Assembly (NCBI RefSeq): GCF_009914755.1
Contig: NC_060945.1
DNA length: 64,000 nucleotides
Source of the DNA: the human T2T-CHM13v2.0 reference genome, Homo sapiens
Strand: one strand, 5' to 3'
The notes beneath the pieces were generated by a model. That model had not been told where the DNA came from, did not search any database, and was given only the letters and a program-made list of their open reading frames with translations. This document shows positions 26,106 through 39,110 of this stretch, piece by piece; the first letter of the stretch is position 1, and each line of letters opens with the position of its first letter. Position numbers and translations under genes: made by a program.

Positions 26106-29100
26106 CGGAGTGCAGTGGAATGGAATGGAATGGAATGGAATGGAATGGAATGGAATGGAGTAGAGTGAAGTGGAGTGGAGTGGATTGGAGTGGAATGGAG
26201 AGAAATGGAATGGAGTGGATTTCAAAAAAATGGAATGGAATGGAGTGTAGTGTAATGGAATGGAATGGAGCAGAGTGAAGTGGAATAGAATGGAGTGGAA
26301 TGGAATGGAGAGGAGTGGAATGGAATGGAGTGGAGTGGAGTGGATTGGAGTGGAGTGGAGGGGATTGGAGTGGAGTGGAGTGAAGTGGAGTTAAATGGAG
26401 TGGAATGGTATGGAATGGAATTGAATGGAATGGAGTGGAATGGAATGGAATGGAGTGGAGTGGAGTGGAATGGAGTGAAATGGAGTGGAGTGGAATCGAG
26501 TGAAGTGGAATGGAATGGAGTGGAATGGAACGGAGAGGAAATCAATGAAATGGAATGCAACACAGTGGAATGAAGTGGAGTGGAGTGCAGTGGAGTTGAG
26601 TGGAGTGGATAGGAATGCAGTGCAATGGAATGGAATGGAATGTAAGGGAGTGGAGTGGAGTGGATTGGAGTGCAGTGGAGTGGAGTGGAGTGGAATGGAG
26701 TGGAATGGAGTGGAATGGCATGGAGTGGAGACGAATAGAATGAAATGGAATGAAATTGAATGGAATGGAAATGAATGGAACGCAACGGAACGGAACAGAA
26801 TGGAGTACAGTGGAGAGGAGTTGAGTGGAGTGGATCGCAGTGCAGTGGAATGGAATGGAATGGAATGGAATGGAATGGAATGGAAAGGAATGGAATGGAA
26901 TGGAATGGAAAAGAATGGGATTGAGTGGAGTGGAATGGAAAGGAGTGGAGTGGAATGTAATGGAATGCAATGGAATGGAAAAGAATGGGATGGAGTGGAG
27001 TGGAATGGAAAGGAGTGGAGTGGAATGGAATGGAGTGGAGTGGAATGGAATGGAGTGGAGTGGAGTGGAATGGAGTGGAGTGGAGTGGAATGGAATGGAG
27101 TGGAGTGGAATGGAGAGGAGTGCAGAGGAATGGTATGGATTGGAATGGAATGGAAGGGAGTGGAGTGCAGTGGAGTGGATTGGAATGCAGTGGAATTGAA
27201 TGGAGTGGAATGGAATGGAGTGGAGTAGAGTGGAGTGGAGTGGAGTTGAGTGGGATGGATTAGAGTGCAGTGGAATGAAATGGAATGGAATGGAGTGGAG
27301 TTTGGTGGAGTGGAGTGAAGAGGAATTTAATGGAAAGGAGTGGACTGGAATTGTTTGGAGTGGATAGGAAGGAATGGAACATAAAGGAATGGAATGGAAT
27401 GGAATGGAATGGAAAGGAATGGAATGGAATGGAGTGGAGTGCAGTGGAGTTGAGTCGAGTCAATCTGAGTGCAGTGGAAAGAAAAGGAATGGAATGGAAC
27501 AGAATGGAATGAAATGGAATGGAATGGAATAGAGTAAAGTGGGATGGAAGGGAGTGCAGGAGAGTAGGGTGGAGTGGAGTGCAGTGGAGTGGAGTGGAAT
27601 GGAATGGAATGGAATGGAATGGAGTTGAATGGAATGGAAAGGAATGGTGAAATGCATTGTGAGCTAAGATTTTGCCACTGCACTCCAGTCTGGGTGACAA
27701 AGTGAGATCCAAATGAGATAAAGTAATCGAATGGAATGCAGTAGAATGGAAGGGAATGGAGTGGAGTGGAGTGGAGTGGAGTGGAGTGGAGTGGAATGCA
27801 GTGGACTGGAGTGGAACGGAGGGGAATGGAATGGAGTAGAGTGGAATGGAATGGAAAGGAACAGAATGGAATGGAATGGAACAGAATAGAATGGAAGGTA
27901 ACAGAATGAAGTGGAGGGGAGAGGAGTGCAGTTGAGTGGAGTGGATCGGAGTGGAGTGGAATGGAATGGATTGAAATGGCATGGAATGGAGTGGAATGGA
28001 ATGGAGTGGAGTGGAGTAGAGAGGAGTGGAGTGGAGTGGAATGGAATGGAATGGAATGCAATGGAATGGTGAAATGTAATGTGAGCTAAGATTGTGCCAC
28101 TGCACTACAGTATGGGTGACAGAGTGACATCCAATAGAAATAAAGGAATGGAATGGAATAGAGTAGAGTGGAATAGAATGGAGTGGAGTGGAATGGAATG
28201 CAGTGGAACGCAGTGGAATGGAGTGTACTGGAATGGAGTAAAGTGGAATTGAGTGGAACAGAAAGAAATGGAATAGAGAGGAATGGAATGGAATGGAGTG
28301 GAATGGAATGAAGTGGAATGGAGCATAATGGAATGGAGTGGAGTGGAATGGAGAGGAATGGAATGGAATGGAATGGAATGGAATGGAATGGAGTGGAATG
28401 GAATGGAACGCAAATCAGTGGAATGGAATGGAGTGGAGAGGAGTGGAGTGGAGTGAAGTGGAATGGAGTTGAATGGAGTGGAACGGAGTGGAATGGAGTG
28501 AAATGGAATGGAGTGGAGTGGAATGGAATGGAGTGGAATGGAAAGGAACGGTACAGAATGAAAAGGAACGGAATGGAACAGAGTGCAGTGGAGTGGAGTG
28601 AGAGGAGTGGATCGGAGTACAGTGGAACGGAATGGAATGGAATGCAGTGGAGTGGAGTGGAGTAATGGAGTGGAGTAGAATGGAGTGGAGTGGAGTGGAG
28701 CAATGGAATGGAGTAGAATGGAGTGGAGTGGAAGGGAGTGCAGTGGAATGGAGTAGAATGCCATGGAATGGAATGGAGTGGAGTGGAATAGAGTGGAATG
28801 GAATGGAATGGAATGAAATAGAATGGAATGGAAGGGAAAGGAGTGGAGTGGAATGGAGTGGAATGGAATGGAATGGAATTGAATGGAATGAAATAGAATG
28901 GAATGGAAGGGAACGGAGTGGAGTGAAGTGGATTTGAGTGGAGTGGATTGGTGTGTAGTGGAATGGAATGGAATGGAAGGGAATGAAATGGAATAGAGTG
29001 GAGTGGAATGGAATGGAGTGGTATGGAGTGGATTGGAGTGGAATGGAGTGTAGTGGAATGGAGTGGAGTGGAATGGAGTGGAACGGAATGAAATGGAATA

Positions 29101-31510
29101 GAGAGGAATGGAATGGAATAGAATGGAATGACGAGGAATATAGTATAATGGAGTGGAGTGGAGTAGAATGGAGTTTAGTGGAATGGAGTGGAATGGAGTG
29201 GAATGGAATGGAAAGGAATGGAAAGGAATGCAATTGAGTGGAATGGAATGGAGTGGAGTGGAGGGGAGTGGAGAGGAGTGGAGTGGCATGCAGTGGAATG
29301 GAGTGCTATGGAGTGAAATGGAGTGGAGTGGAGTGGAATGGAATAGAGTGGAATGGAATGGAATGGTACAGAATGGAATGGAAAAGAATAGAAAGGAGTG
29401 GAGTTGAGTGGAGTGGAGTAGAGTGGAGTGGATTGGAATGCAGTGGAATGCAAGGGAATGGAATGGAATGGAGTGGAGTGGCGTGCATTGGAGTGGAGTG
29501 GAGTGGAGGAGAATGGAGTAGAATGGAGTGGAATGGAATGGAGTGGAGAGGAATGGAGTGGAATGGAATGGAAGGAATGGAATGGAACCGAATGGAAGGG
29601 AATGGAGTGGAGTGGAGTAGATTTGAGTGGAGTGGAATAGAGTGCAGTGGAATGGATTGGAATGGAATGGAGTGGAATGGAATGGAATAGAATGGAATGG
29701 AATGGATTGGAGTGGAGTGGAGGGGAATAGAGTGGAGTAGAGAGGAGTGGACAGGAATGGAGTGGAGTGGAATGGAATGGAATGGAGTGGAATGAAAAGG
29801 AATGGAGTGGAGTGGAATGGGCCGGAATGGAGTGGAATGGAGTGGAATAGAATGGAATGGAGTGGAGTGGAAAGGAATGGGGTGGAGTGGAATGGAAGGG
29901 AGTGGATTGGAGTGGAATTGAGTGGAGTGGAGTGGAATGGAGTGGAGTGGAGTGGAATGGAATGGAGTGGAGTGCAGCAGAATATAATGGAGTGGAATGG
30001 AATAGAATGGAGTGGAGTGGAGTGGAGTGGAGTGGAATTGATTGGAGTGCAGTGGAATGGAATGGAATGTAGGGGAGTGGAGTGGAGTGGAATGGAGAGG
30101 AACGAAATGGAGTGCAGTGGAATGGAATGGAACGAAATGGAATGGAATGGATTGGAATGGAATGGAATGGAACGGAAAGGAGTGGAGGGGAGTGGAGGGG
30201 AATGGAGTGGAGTGGAGTTGAGTGCAGTGGATCAGAGTGCAGTGGACTGGAATGGAATGGAATGAAATGGAATGGAGTGGAGTGGAATGAAATTTAATGG
30301 AACGAAGTGGATTGGAGTGGAGTGGAGTGGAGTGTAGTACAATGAAATGGAGAGGAGTGTAGTACAATGGAATGGAGTGGAATGTAGTACAATGGAATGG
30401 AGTGTAGTGTAGTACAATGGAATGGAGTGGAGTGCAATGGAATGTAATGGAATGGAGTGGAGTGGAGTGCAATGGAATCCAGAGGAGTGGAACGGAGTAG
30501 AGAGGAATGGCATGGAATGGAATGGAATGGAATGGAAAGGAATGCAATGGATTGTTGAAATGAAATATGAGCTAAGATTATACCACTGCACTCCAGTCTG
30601 AGTGACAGAGTAAGATCCAGTCGAAATAAACAACTGGAATGGAATGGAGTAAAATCGAAAGAAATGGAGTATACTGGAACAGAATGGAGTGGAATTGAGT
30701 GGAGTGGAGTGGATTGGAGTGGAGTGGAATGGAGTAAAGTGGAATGGAGTGGAATAGAGTGGAATGGAATGGAATGAAAACAAGTAGAATGGAATGGAAT
30801 GGAATGGAGTGGAACGGAGTTTAGTGGACTTGAATGCAGTGGAGTGGAATGAAGTGGAGTGGAATGGAGTTGAATTGAGTGGAATAGAATGGAATGGAAT
30901 AGAGTGGAGTGGAATGGAATAGAGTGGCATGGAGTGGAGTAGAGTAGAGTGGAATGGAATGGAATAGAATGGAGTGAAATGGAGTGGTGGGGAATGGAGT
31001 GGACTGGAACGGAATGGAGTGGAATGGAACAGAAATGAAGGGAAGAAAATGGAATGAAGAGGAGTGCAGTGGAGTGGAGTGGAGTTGAGTGGAATGGATC
31101 GGAGTGGAGTGGATTGGAATGAACTGGAATGGAATGGAATGGAGTGGAGTGAAGTAGAGTGGAGTAGAGCGGAGTGGAATGGAATGCAGTGGAGTGGAAT
31201 GGAATGGAATGGAACAGAAAGCAATGGAAGGGAACAGAATGGAATGGAACGGAACGGAAAGGAGTGGTGTGGAGTGGAGTGGAGTGGAGTGAAGTGGAAT
31301 GGAGTGTAGTGGAGTGAAGTGGATTGGAGTGGAATGGAGTGGTATGGAGTGGAGTCGAGTGGAATGGAATGGAATGGAACAGAATGCAATGCAACAGAAA
31401 GGAATGGAATGGAATGGAACGGAACACAGTTGAGTGGAGTGGAGTGGAGTTCAGTGGAGTGGAGTGGGGTTGAGTGGAATGGAATGGAATGGAATGGAAT
31501 GGAATGGAAT

Positions 31511-31590
31511 GGTGAAATGGAATGTGAGCTAAGATTGTGCCACTGCACTCCTCTCTGGGTGACAGAGTGAGATCCAGTCGAAATAAAGGA
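31511..31590 (+). repeat. Alu-derived ~80-bp cassette, type 1 (representative)
   Basis: GGTGAAATGGAATGTGAGCTAAGATTGTGCCACTGCACTCCTCTCTGGGTGACAGAGTGAGATCCAGTCGAAATAAAGG; copies start near 27646, 28068, 30553, 31511, 32352, 35493, 36946, 38771, 42189, 42835, 43772, 45283, 47270, 48183, 52444, 53134. Confidence 0.9.
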
Positions 31591-34500
31591 ATGGAATGGA
31601 ATGGAGAAGATGGTAATGGAATAGAGTGAAGAGGAATGGAATGGAGTGGCATGGAGTGTAGTGTAGTGGAATGGACTGGAGTGGAATGGATTGCAGTATA
31701 ATGGAGTGGAATTGAGTGGAATGGAATGGAATGGAATGGGGTGGAATGGAGTGGAATGCAGTGGAATGGAGTGGAGTGGAATGGAGGGGAGTTTGGTGGA
31801 ATGGAGTAGAGTGGAGTGAAATGGAATGAAATGGAATGGAGTGGAATGGAATGGAAAGGAGTGGAGTCGAATGGAGTAAAGTGGAATCGAATGGAGTGGA
31901 ATGGAAAGGAACGGAACAGAATGGAAGGCAATAGAACGGAGTGGACTGGAGTGAATTGAATTGGAGTTTTCTGGAGGGGATAGGAGAGCACTGGAATGGA
32001 ATGGAATGGAATGAAGTGGAGTGGAGTGGAATGAAGTGGAGTGGAATGGAGTGGAATGGAATGGAGTGGAGTGGCATGGAAATGAATGGAATGAAAAGGA
32101 ATGGAATTGAACGGAATGAAACGGAATGGAATGGAACAGAATGGAATTCAATGGAACAGAACGTAGTGGAGTGGAGTGGAGTGGATTTGACTGGAGTGGA
32201 TGGGAATGCAGTGGAATGGAATGGAATGGAATCGAATGGAGTGGAATGGAATGGAATGGAATGGAATGGAATGGAATGGAATGGAATGGAATGGAAAGGG
32301 GTGGAGTGGAATGGAATGGAGTGGAGTGGAATCGAGTGGCATGGAATGGAATGGTGAAATGTAATGTCAGCTAAGATTGTGCCACTGCACTCCAGTCTGG
32401 GTGACACAGTGAGATCCAAACGAAATAAAGGAATGGAATGGAATGGAATGGAATGGAGTAAAGAGGAATGGAATGAAGTGGAATAGAATGGAGTGGAGTG
32501 GAATGGAGTGGAATGGACTGGAATGGAGTGGAATGAAATCGAATGGAGCAGAATGGAGTGGAGTGGAGTGGAACGGATTCAAATGGAATGGATTGGAATG
32601 GAATGGAGTGGAATGGTATGGAGTGGAGTGAAGTGGAGTGGAATGGAGTGGAATGGAGTGAAATGGAGTGGAATGGAATGGAATGGAGTGGAATGGAATG
32701 GAGTGGAATGGTATGGAGTGGAGAGAAGTGGAATGGAATGGAGTGGAATGGTATGGAGTGGAGAGAAGTGGAGTGGAATGGAGTGGAATGGAGTGAAATG
32801 GAGTGGAATGGAATAGAGTGGAGTGGAATGGAATGGAGTGGAGTGGAATGGAGTGGAATGGAACGGAACAGAACGGAATGGAATGGAATGGAATGGAGTG
32901 AAATGGAGTGTTCTGGAGTGCAGTGGAATGGAGTGGAATGGAATGGAGTGGTGTGGAATGGAATGGAATGGAGTAGAATGGAATGGAATGGATTGGAATG
33001 TAGTGGAGTGGAATGGAGTGGAGTGGAACGGAGTGAAATGGAGTGGAATGGAATGGAGTTTAGTGTCGTGGATTGGAGTGGAATGGAGTGGAGTGGAACG
33101 GATTGAAATGGAGTGGAATAGAATGGAATTTAGTGGCGTGGAGTGGAGTGGAATGGAGTGGAATGGAGTAGAGTGGAGTGGATTGCAATGCGGTTGAATG
33201 GAATGGAACAGAACGGAATGGAATGGAACAGATTGGAACAGAGTGTAGTGGAGTTGAGTGGAGTGGAATTGAGATGAGTGTATCGGAGCACAGTGGAATG
33301 TAATGTAGTGTAATGTAACGGAATGGAATGGAAGGGAGTGTAGTGGAGTGGAGTTTAATGTAGTGGAGTGGAATGGAGTGTATTGGAGTGGAGTGGAGTG
33401 GACAGGAGTGGAATGGAGTGGAATGGAATGGAATGTGGTGGAATGGAATGGAGTGGAGTGGAATGGAATGAAGGGGAGTGAAGTGGAGTGGAATGGAGTG
33501 GAGTGGAATGGAATGGAGTAGAACGGAACTGAACGGAATGGAACGGACCAGAATGGAATGGAGCGGAGTGGGGTGAAGTTGAGTTGAGTGGAGTGAATCA
33601 TAGTGCACTGGAATGGAATGGATTGGAATGGAATGGAATGGAGTAGAATGGACTGGAGTGGAGTGAAGTTTAATGGAGTGGAGTGGAGTTGAGTGGAGTT
33701 GTGTGGAATGGAAGGGAATGGGATGGAATGGAATGCAATGGAATGGAATGGAATGGAATGGAATGGAAAGCAAAGGAGAGGAGTGAAGTGGGGTGGAGTT
33801 GAGTGCAGTGTATCAGAGTGCAGAGGAATGGAATGGAATGGAGTGGAGTGGAATGGAATAAAATTGAATGGAGCGGAGTGCAGTGGAGTGGTGTGGAGTG
33901 GAATTGAGTGGAATGGAGTGAAATGGAGTAGAGTGAAATGGAATAGAATGGAGTAGAGTGTAGTAGAATGGAGTGGAGTGGAATGGAATGGAGTGGAATA
34001 TAATGGACTGGAGTGGAATGGAATGGAGTGGAGTGGAGTGGAATGGAGTGGAATGGAGTGGAATGGAATGGATTGGAGTGGAAGGGAATGTATTGGAGTG
34101 GAATGGAATGGAACGGAAAGAAACAGAACAAAGGGGAATGGACTTGAATGGAGTGGAGTGGAGTTGAGTTGAGTGCATTGGAGTGCAGTGGAATGGAAAG
34201 GATTGGAGTTTAGTGGAGAGGAGTGGAGTGGAATGGAGTGAAATGGAGTGTAATGGAACGGAATGGAACGGAACAGAATGGAATAGAGAGGGGTGGCGTG
34301 GAGGGGAGTTGAGTGGAGTGGAATGAAGGGCAGTGGAATGGAAAGGAATGGAATGGAGTGGAGTGGAGTAGAGTGGCGTGTGGTGGAGTTGAGCAGAATG
34401 ATGTCGAATGGAATGGATTGGAATAAAATGGAATGGAGTGTAGTGCAGTGGAGTGGTGTGGAGTGGAATTGAGTGGAATGGAGTGAAATGAAGTGGAGTG

Positions 34501-37500
34501 AAATGGAATGGAATGGAGTGTAGTGTAGTAGAATGGAGTGGAGTGGAGTGGAACGGAATGGAGTGGAATATAATGGACTGGAGTGGAAGGGAATGGATTG
34601 GAGTGTAATGGAACAGAATGGAAAGGAATAGACTAAAGGGGAACGGACTGGAATGGAGTGGAGTGGAGTTGAGTGGAGTGGATCTGAGTGTAGTGGAATG
34701 GAATGGATTGGAGTTTAATGGAAAGGAGGGAGTGGAGTGGAGTGGAATGGAGTGTAATGGAGTGGAATGGAACGGAATGGAATGGAACAGAATGGAACAG
34801 AGTGGGGTGGTGTGGAGTGGAGTTGAGTGGAGTGGAACGAAGGGCAGTGGAATGGAATAGAATGGAATGGAGTGGAGTATAGTGGAGTGTGGTGGAGTGG
34901 AGTGGAATGGTGTGGAATGGAATGGATTGGAGTGGAATGGAATGGAGTGGAACGGAATGGAATGGAATGCAATGGAATGGAATTGAAGGGAATGGAATAG
35001 AGTGGAGTGGAGTGGGGTGTAGTGGAGTTGAGTCAAGTGGATTGGAATGCAGTGGAATGGAATGGAATGGAATGGAGTGCAATGGAATGGAATGGAATGG
35101 AGTGGAATGGAATGGAATGGAGTGCAATGGAATGGAATGGAATGGAGTGGAATGGAATGGAATGAAGTGGAATGGAATGGAATGGAGTGGAATGGAATGG
35201 AATGAAGTGGAATGGAATGGAATGCAGTGGAGAGGAGTGGAGTGCAGTGAAATGGAGTGGAGTGGAATGGAATGGACTGGAGTGGAATGAAATGGAATGG
35301 AATGGAGTGGATTGTAGTGGAATGGAATGGAGTGGACTAGAGTGTAATGAAGGATAGTGGAGTGGAATGGAACAGAGTGGAATGGAATGGAGTGGATCGG
35401 ACTGGAATGCAGTGGAGTGCAGTGGAGTAGAGTGGAGTGGAGTGGAGTGGAATGGAATGGAATGGAGTGGAATAGAAAGCAATAGAATGGAATGGTGACA
35501 TGAAATGTGAGTTAAGATTGTGCCACTGCACTGAAGTCTGGGTGAGAGAGTGAGATACAGTCGAAATTAAAGGAAGGAAAGGAATGGATTAAAATGTAAT
35601 GGAATGCAGTGGAGTGGAATGAAATGGAGTGGAATGGAGTTTTGGGGAGTGGAATTTAGTGGAGTGGAATGGAATGGAATGGAATGGAGAGGAATGGAAT
35701 GGAATGGAGTGGAATGAAGAGGAGTGGAGTGAAATGGAGTGCAGTGGAATGGGATGGAATGGAATGGAATGGAATGGAAAGCAATGGAGTGGATAGGCTT
35801 AGAATGGAGTGGAATGGAGTGGAGAGAGGTGGCATGGAGTGGAGTGGAGAGAAGTGGAGTGGAGTGGAGTGGAATGGAGTGGAAGGGAATGGTATGGAAT
35901 GGAATGGAATAGAACGGAATGGAGTGGAGGGGAGTGGATTGGAGTGGAATGGAGTGGATCGGGGTGTAGTGGAATGGAATGGAATGGAGAGGAATGGGTT
36001 GGAGTGCAGTGGAGTGGTATGGAGTGGAATGGAGTGGAATGGATTGGAGTGGAAAAGAATGTAATGGAATGGAACAGAATGGAGAAGAATGGAATGGAAT
36101 GGAATGGAACGGTATGAAACGGAGTGCAGTGGATTGGACTGGAGTGGACTTGAGAGCAGTGGAACGGAGTGCAGTGGAATGCAATGGAATGGAATGGAAT
36201 TGAATGGAATGGAGTGCAGTTGAACGGAATAGAATGGAATGGAGTGGAGTGGAATGGTGTGTATTGGAATAGAGTGCAATGGTTTGAAACGGAGTGGAGT
36301 GGAATGGAGTGGAGAGGAATTGAATGGAGTGGAATCGAACGGAATAAAACAGAATGTAATGGAATTGAATGGAACAGAGTGGAGTGGAGTAGAATAGAGT
36401 GGAACGGAATGGAACAAAATGTAACGGAATTGAAAGGAACAGAGTGGAGTGGAGTGGAATGGAGTGGAACGGAATGGAGTGGAGTGGAATGGAATGGAAT
36501 GGAATGGAACGGAATGGAATGGAATGGAAAGGAACGGAATGCAATGGAGGGGAAAGGAGTGGAGTGGAATGGAGCTGAGTCGAGTACAGTGCAATGGAAT
36601 GCAGTGAAATGGAATGGAATGGAATGGATTGCGGAGGAGTGGAGTGGAATGAAATGGAACAGAATGGGATTAAATGGAGTGGAGTGGAATTGAATGGAGC
36701 GGAGGGGAATGGAATGGAAAGGAGTGAAGTGGAATGGAATAGAGTGGAGTGAAATGGAATAGAGTGGAGTTTAGTGGTATGGAGAGGAGTTGAGTGGAAT
36801 GGAGTGGAGTGGAGTGGATTGGAATGGAGTGGGGTGGAGTGGAATGGAATGAGGTGGCGGGGAATGGAATGCAGTGGGTTGGACTGGAGTGGAGTGAAAT
36901 GGAATGGAATGAAATGGAATGGAATGGAATGGAACGGAATGGAATGTGTAAATGAAATGTGAGCTAAGATAGTGCCACTGGACTCCTGTCTGGGTGAAAG
37001 AGGGAGAAACAGTCGAAATAAAGGAATGGAATGGAATGGAGTGGAATGAAATGGAAAGGAGTGGAGAGGAATAGAATAGAGTGGAATGGTGTGGAGTGTA
37101 GTGGAATGGTGTGGAGTGTAGTGGAATGGAGTGGAGTGGAGTGGCATGGAATGGAATGGAATGAAGTGGAAAGGAGTGAAATGGAGTGGAATGGAACAGA
37201 ATGGAACGGAACACAACAGAACAGAGTGGAACAGAGTAGAGTGGAGTGCAGTGGATTTGTTTGGAGTGCATCGAAGTGCAAGGAATGGAATGCAATGCAA
37301 TGGAATGGAGTGGAGTGGAATAGAGTGGAGTGGAATGGAGTGGAATAGAGTGGAGTGGAATGGAGTGGAGTGGAATGGAATGGTGTGGAATGGAACAGAA
37401 CAGAACAGAGAACAATGAAAAGAAATGGAACGAAGCAGAGTAGAGTGGAGTGTAGAGGAGTGGAACGGAGTGGCGTGGAGTGGAGTGGAGTGGAGTGGAT

Positions 37501-38787
37501 TGGACTGGAATAGAATGGAATGCAACGGAATGGAAAGGAATTGAAAGTAATTGAATGGAACAGAACGGAATGGAGTGGAGTGGACAGGAGTGGAGTGGAG
37601 TTAAGTTGAGTGGATCAGAGTGTAATGGAATGGAGTGGCATGGAATGGAATGGAGTGGGGTGAAGTGGAGTGGAATGGAATGGAATGGAGTCTAGTGGAA
37701 CGGAAAGTAAAGGAATGGAATGGAATGGAGTCTGGTGGAATGGAAAGTAAAGGAATGGGATGGAATGGAACGGAATAGAATTGCAGGAAATAGAACGGAG
37801 TGGAGTGGAGTGGAGTTGAGTGGATTGGATGGGAGTGCAGTGGAATGGAATGGAATGTAGTGGAATGGAAAGGAATGCAATGGAATGCAATGGAATGGAA
37901 GGGAGTGGAGTGGATTGGAATGGAATGGAGTTTAGAGGAGTGGAGTGGAGTGGATTGGAGTGGAGTGGAATGGAATGGAGTGGAGAGGAGTGTAGTGGAA
38001 TGGAGTGGAATGGAATGGTAAGGAATGGAATGGAGCAGAGTGGAGTGGAATGGAATGGAGTGGCATGGAATGGAGTGGAGTTGACTGGAATGCAGTAGAG
38101 AGGAGTGTAGTGGAGTGGAGTTGAGTGGAGTAGAGTGTAATGGAGTAAAATGGATTATAGTGGAATGGAATGGAGTGGAATGGAATGGAACAGAAAGGAA
38201 TGGAATGGATTGGAACAGAATGGAGTGGAGTGGAGTGGAATGGAATGGAGTGGCATGGAATGGAGTGGAGTTGACTGGAATGCAGTAGAGAGGAGTGTAG
38301 TGGAGTGGAGTTGAGTGGAGTGGAGTGGAGTGTAATGGAGTAAAATGGATTATAGCGGAATGGAATGGAGTGGAATGGAATGGAACAGAAAGGAATGGAA
38401 TGGATTGGAACAGAATGGAGTGGAGTGGAGTGGAGTAGAGTTGAGTGGAGAGAAGAGGAGTGCAGTGGAATGGAATGAAATTTAGTGGAATGGAGTGGAG
38501 TGGAATGGAGTGGAATGGAGTGGAATGGAATGGAGTGGAGTGGAATTGAATGGAATGGAATGGAACTGAATGCAATGGAATGGAATGCAATGGAATGGAA
38601 AGGAACGAAATGGAGTGGAGTGGGGTGGAGCAGAGTAGACTTGAGTGGATCGAAGTGCAGTAGAATGGAATGGAATGGAATGGAGTTGAGTGGAATGGAA
38701 TGGAATGTATTGGAATGCAGTGGAGTGGATTGGAGTGGAAGGGAACGGAATGGATTGGAATGAATGGAATAGTGAAATGAAATGTGA

Positions 38788-39110
<323 letters not shown>

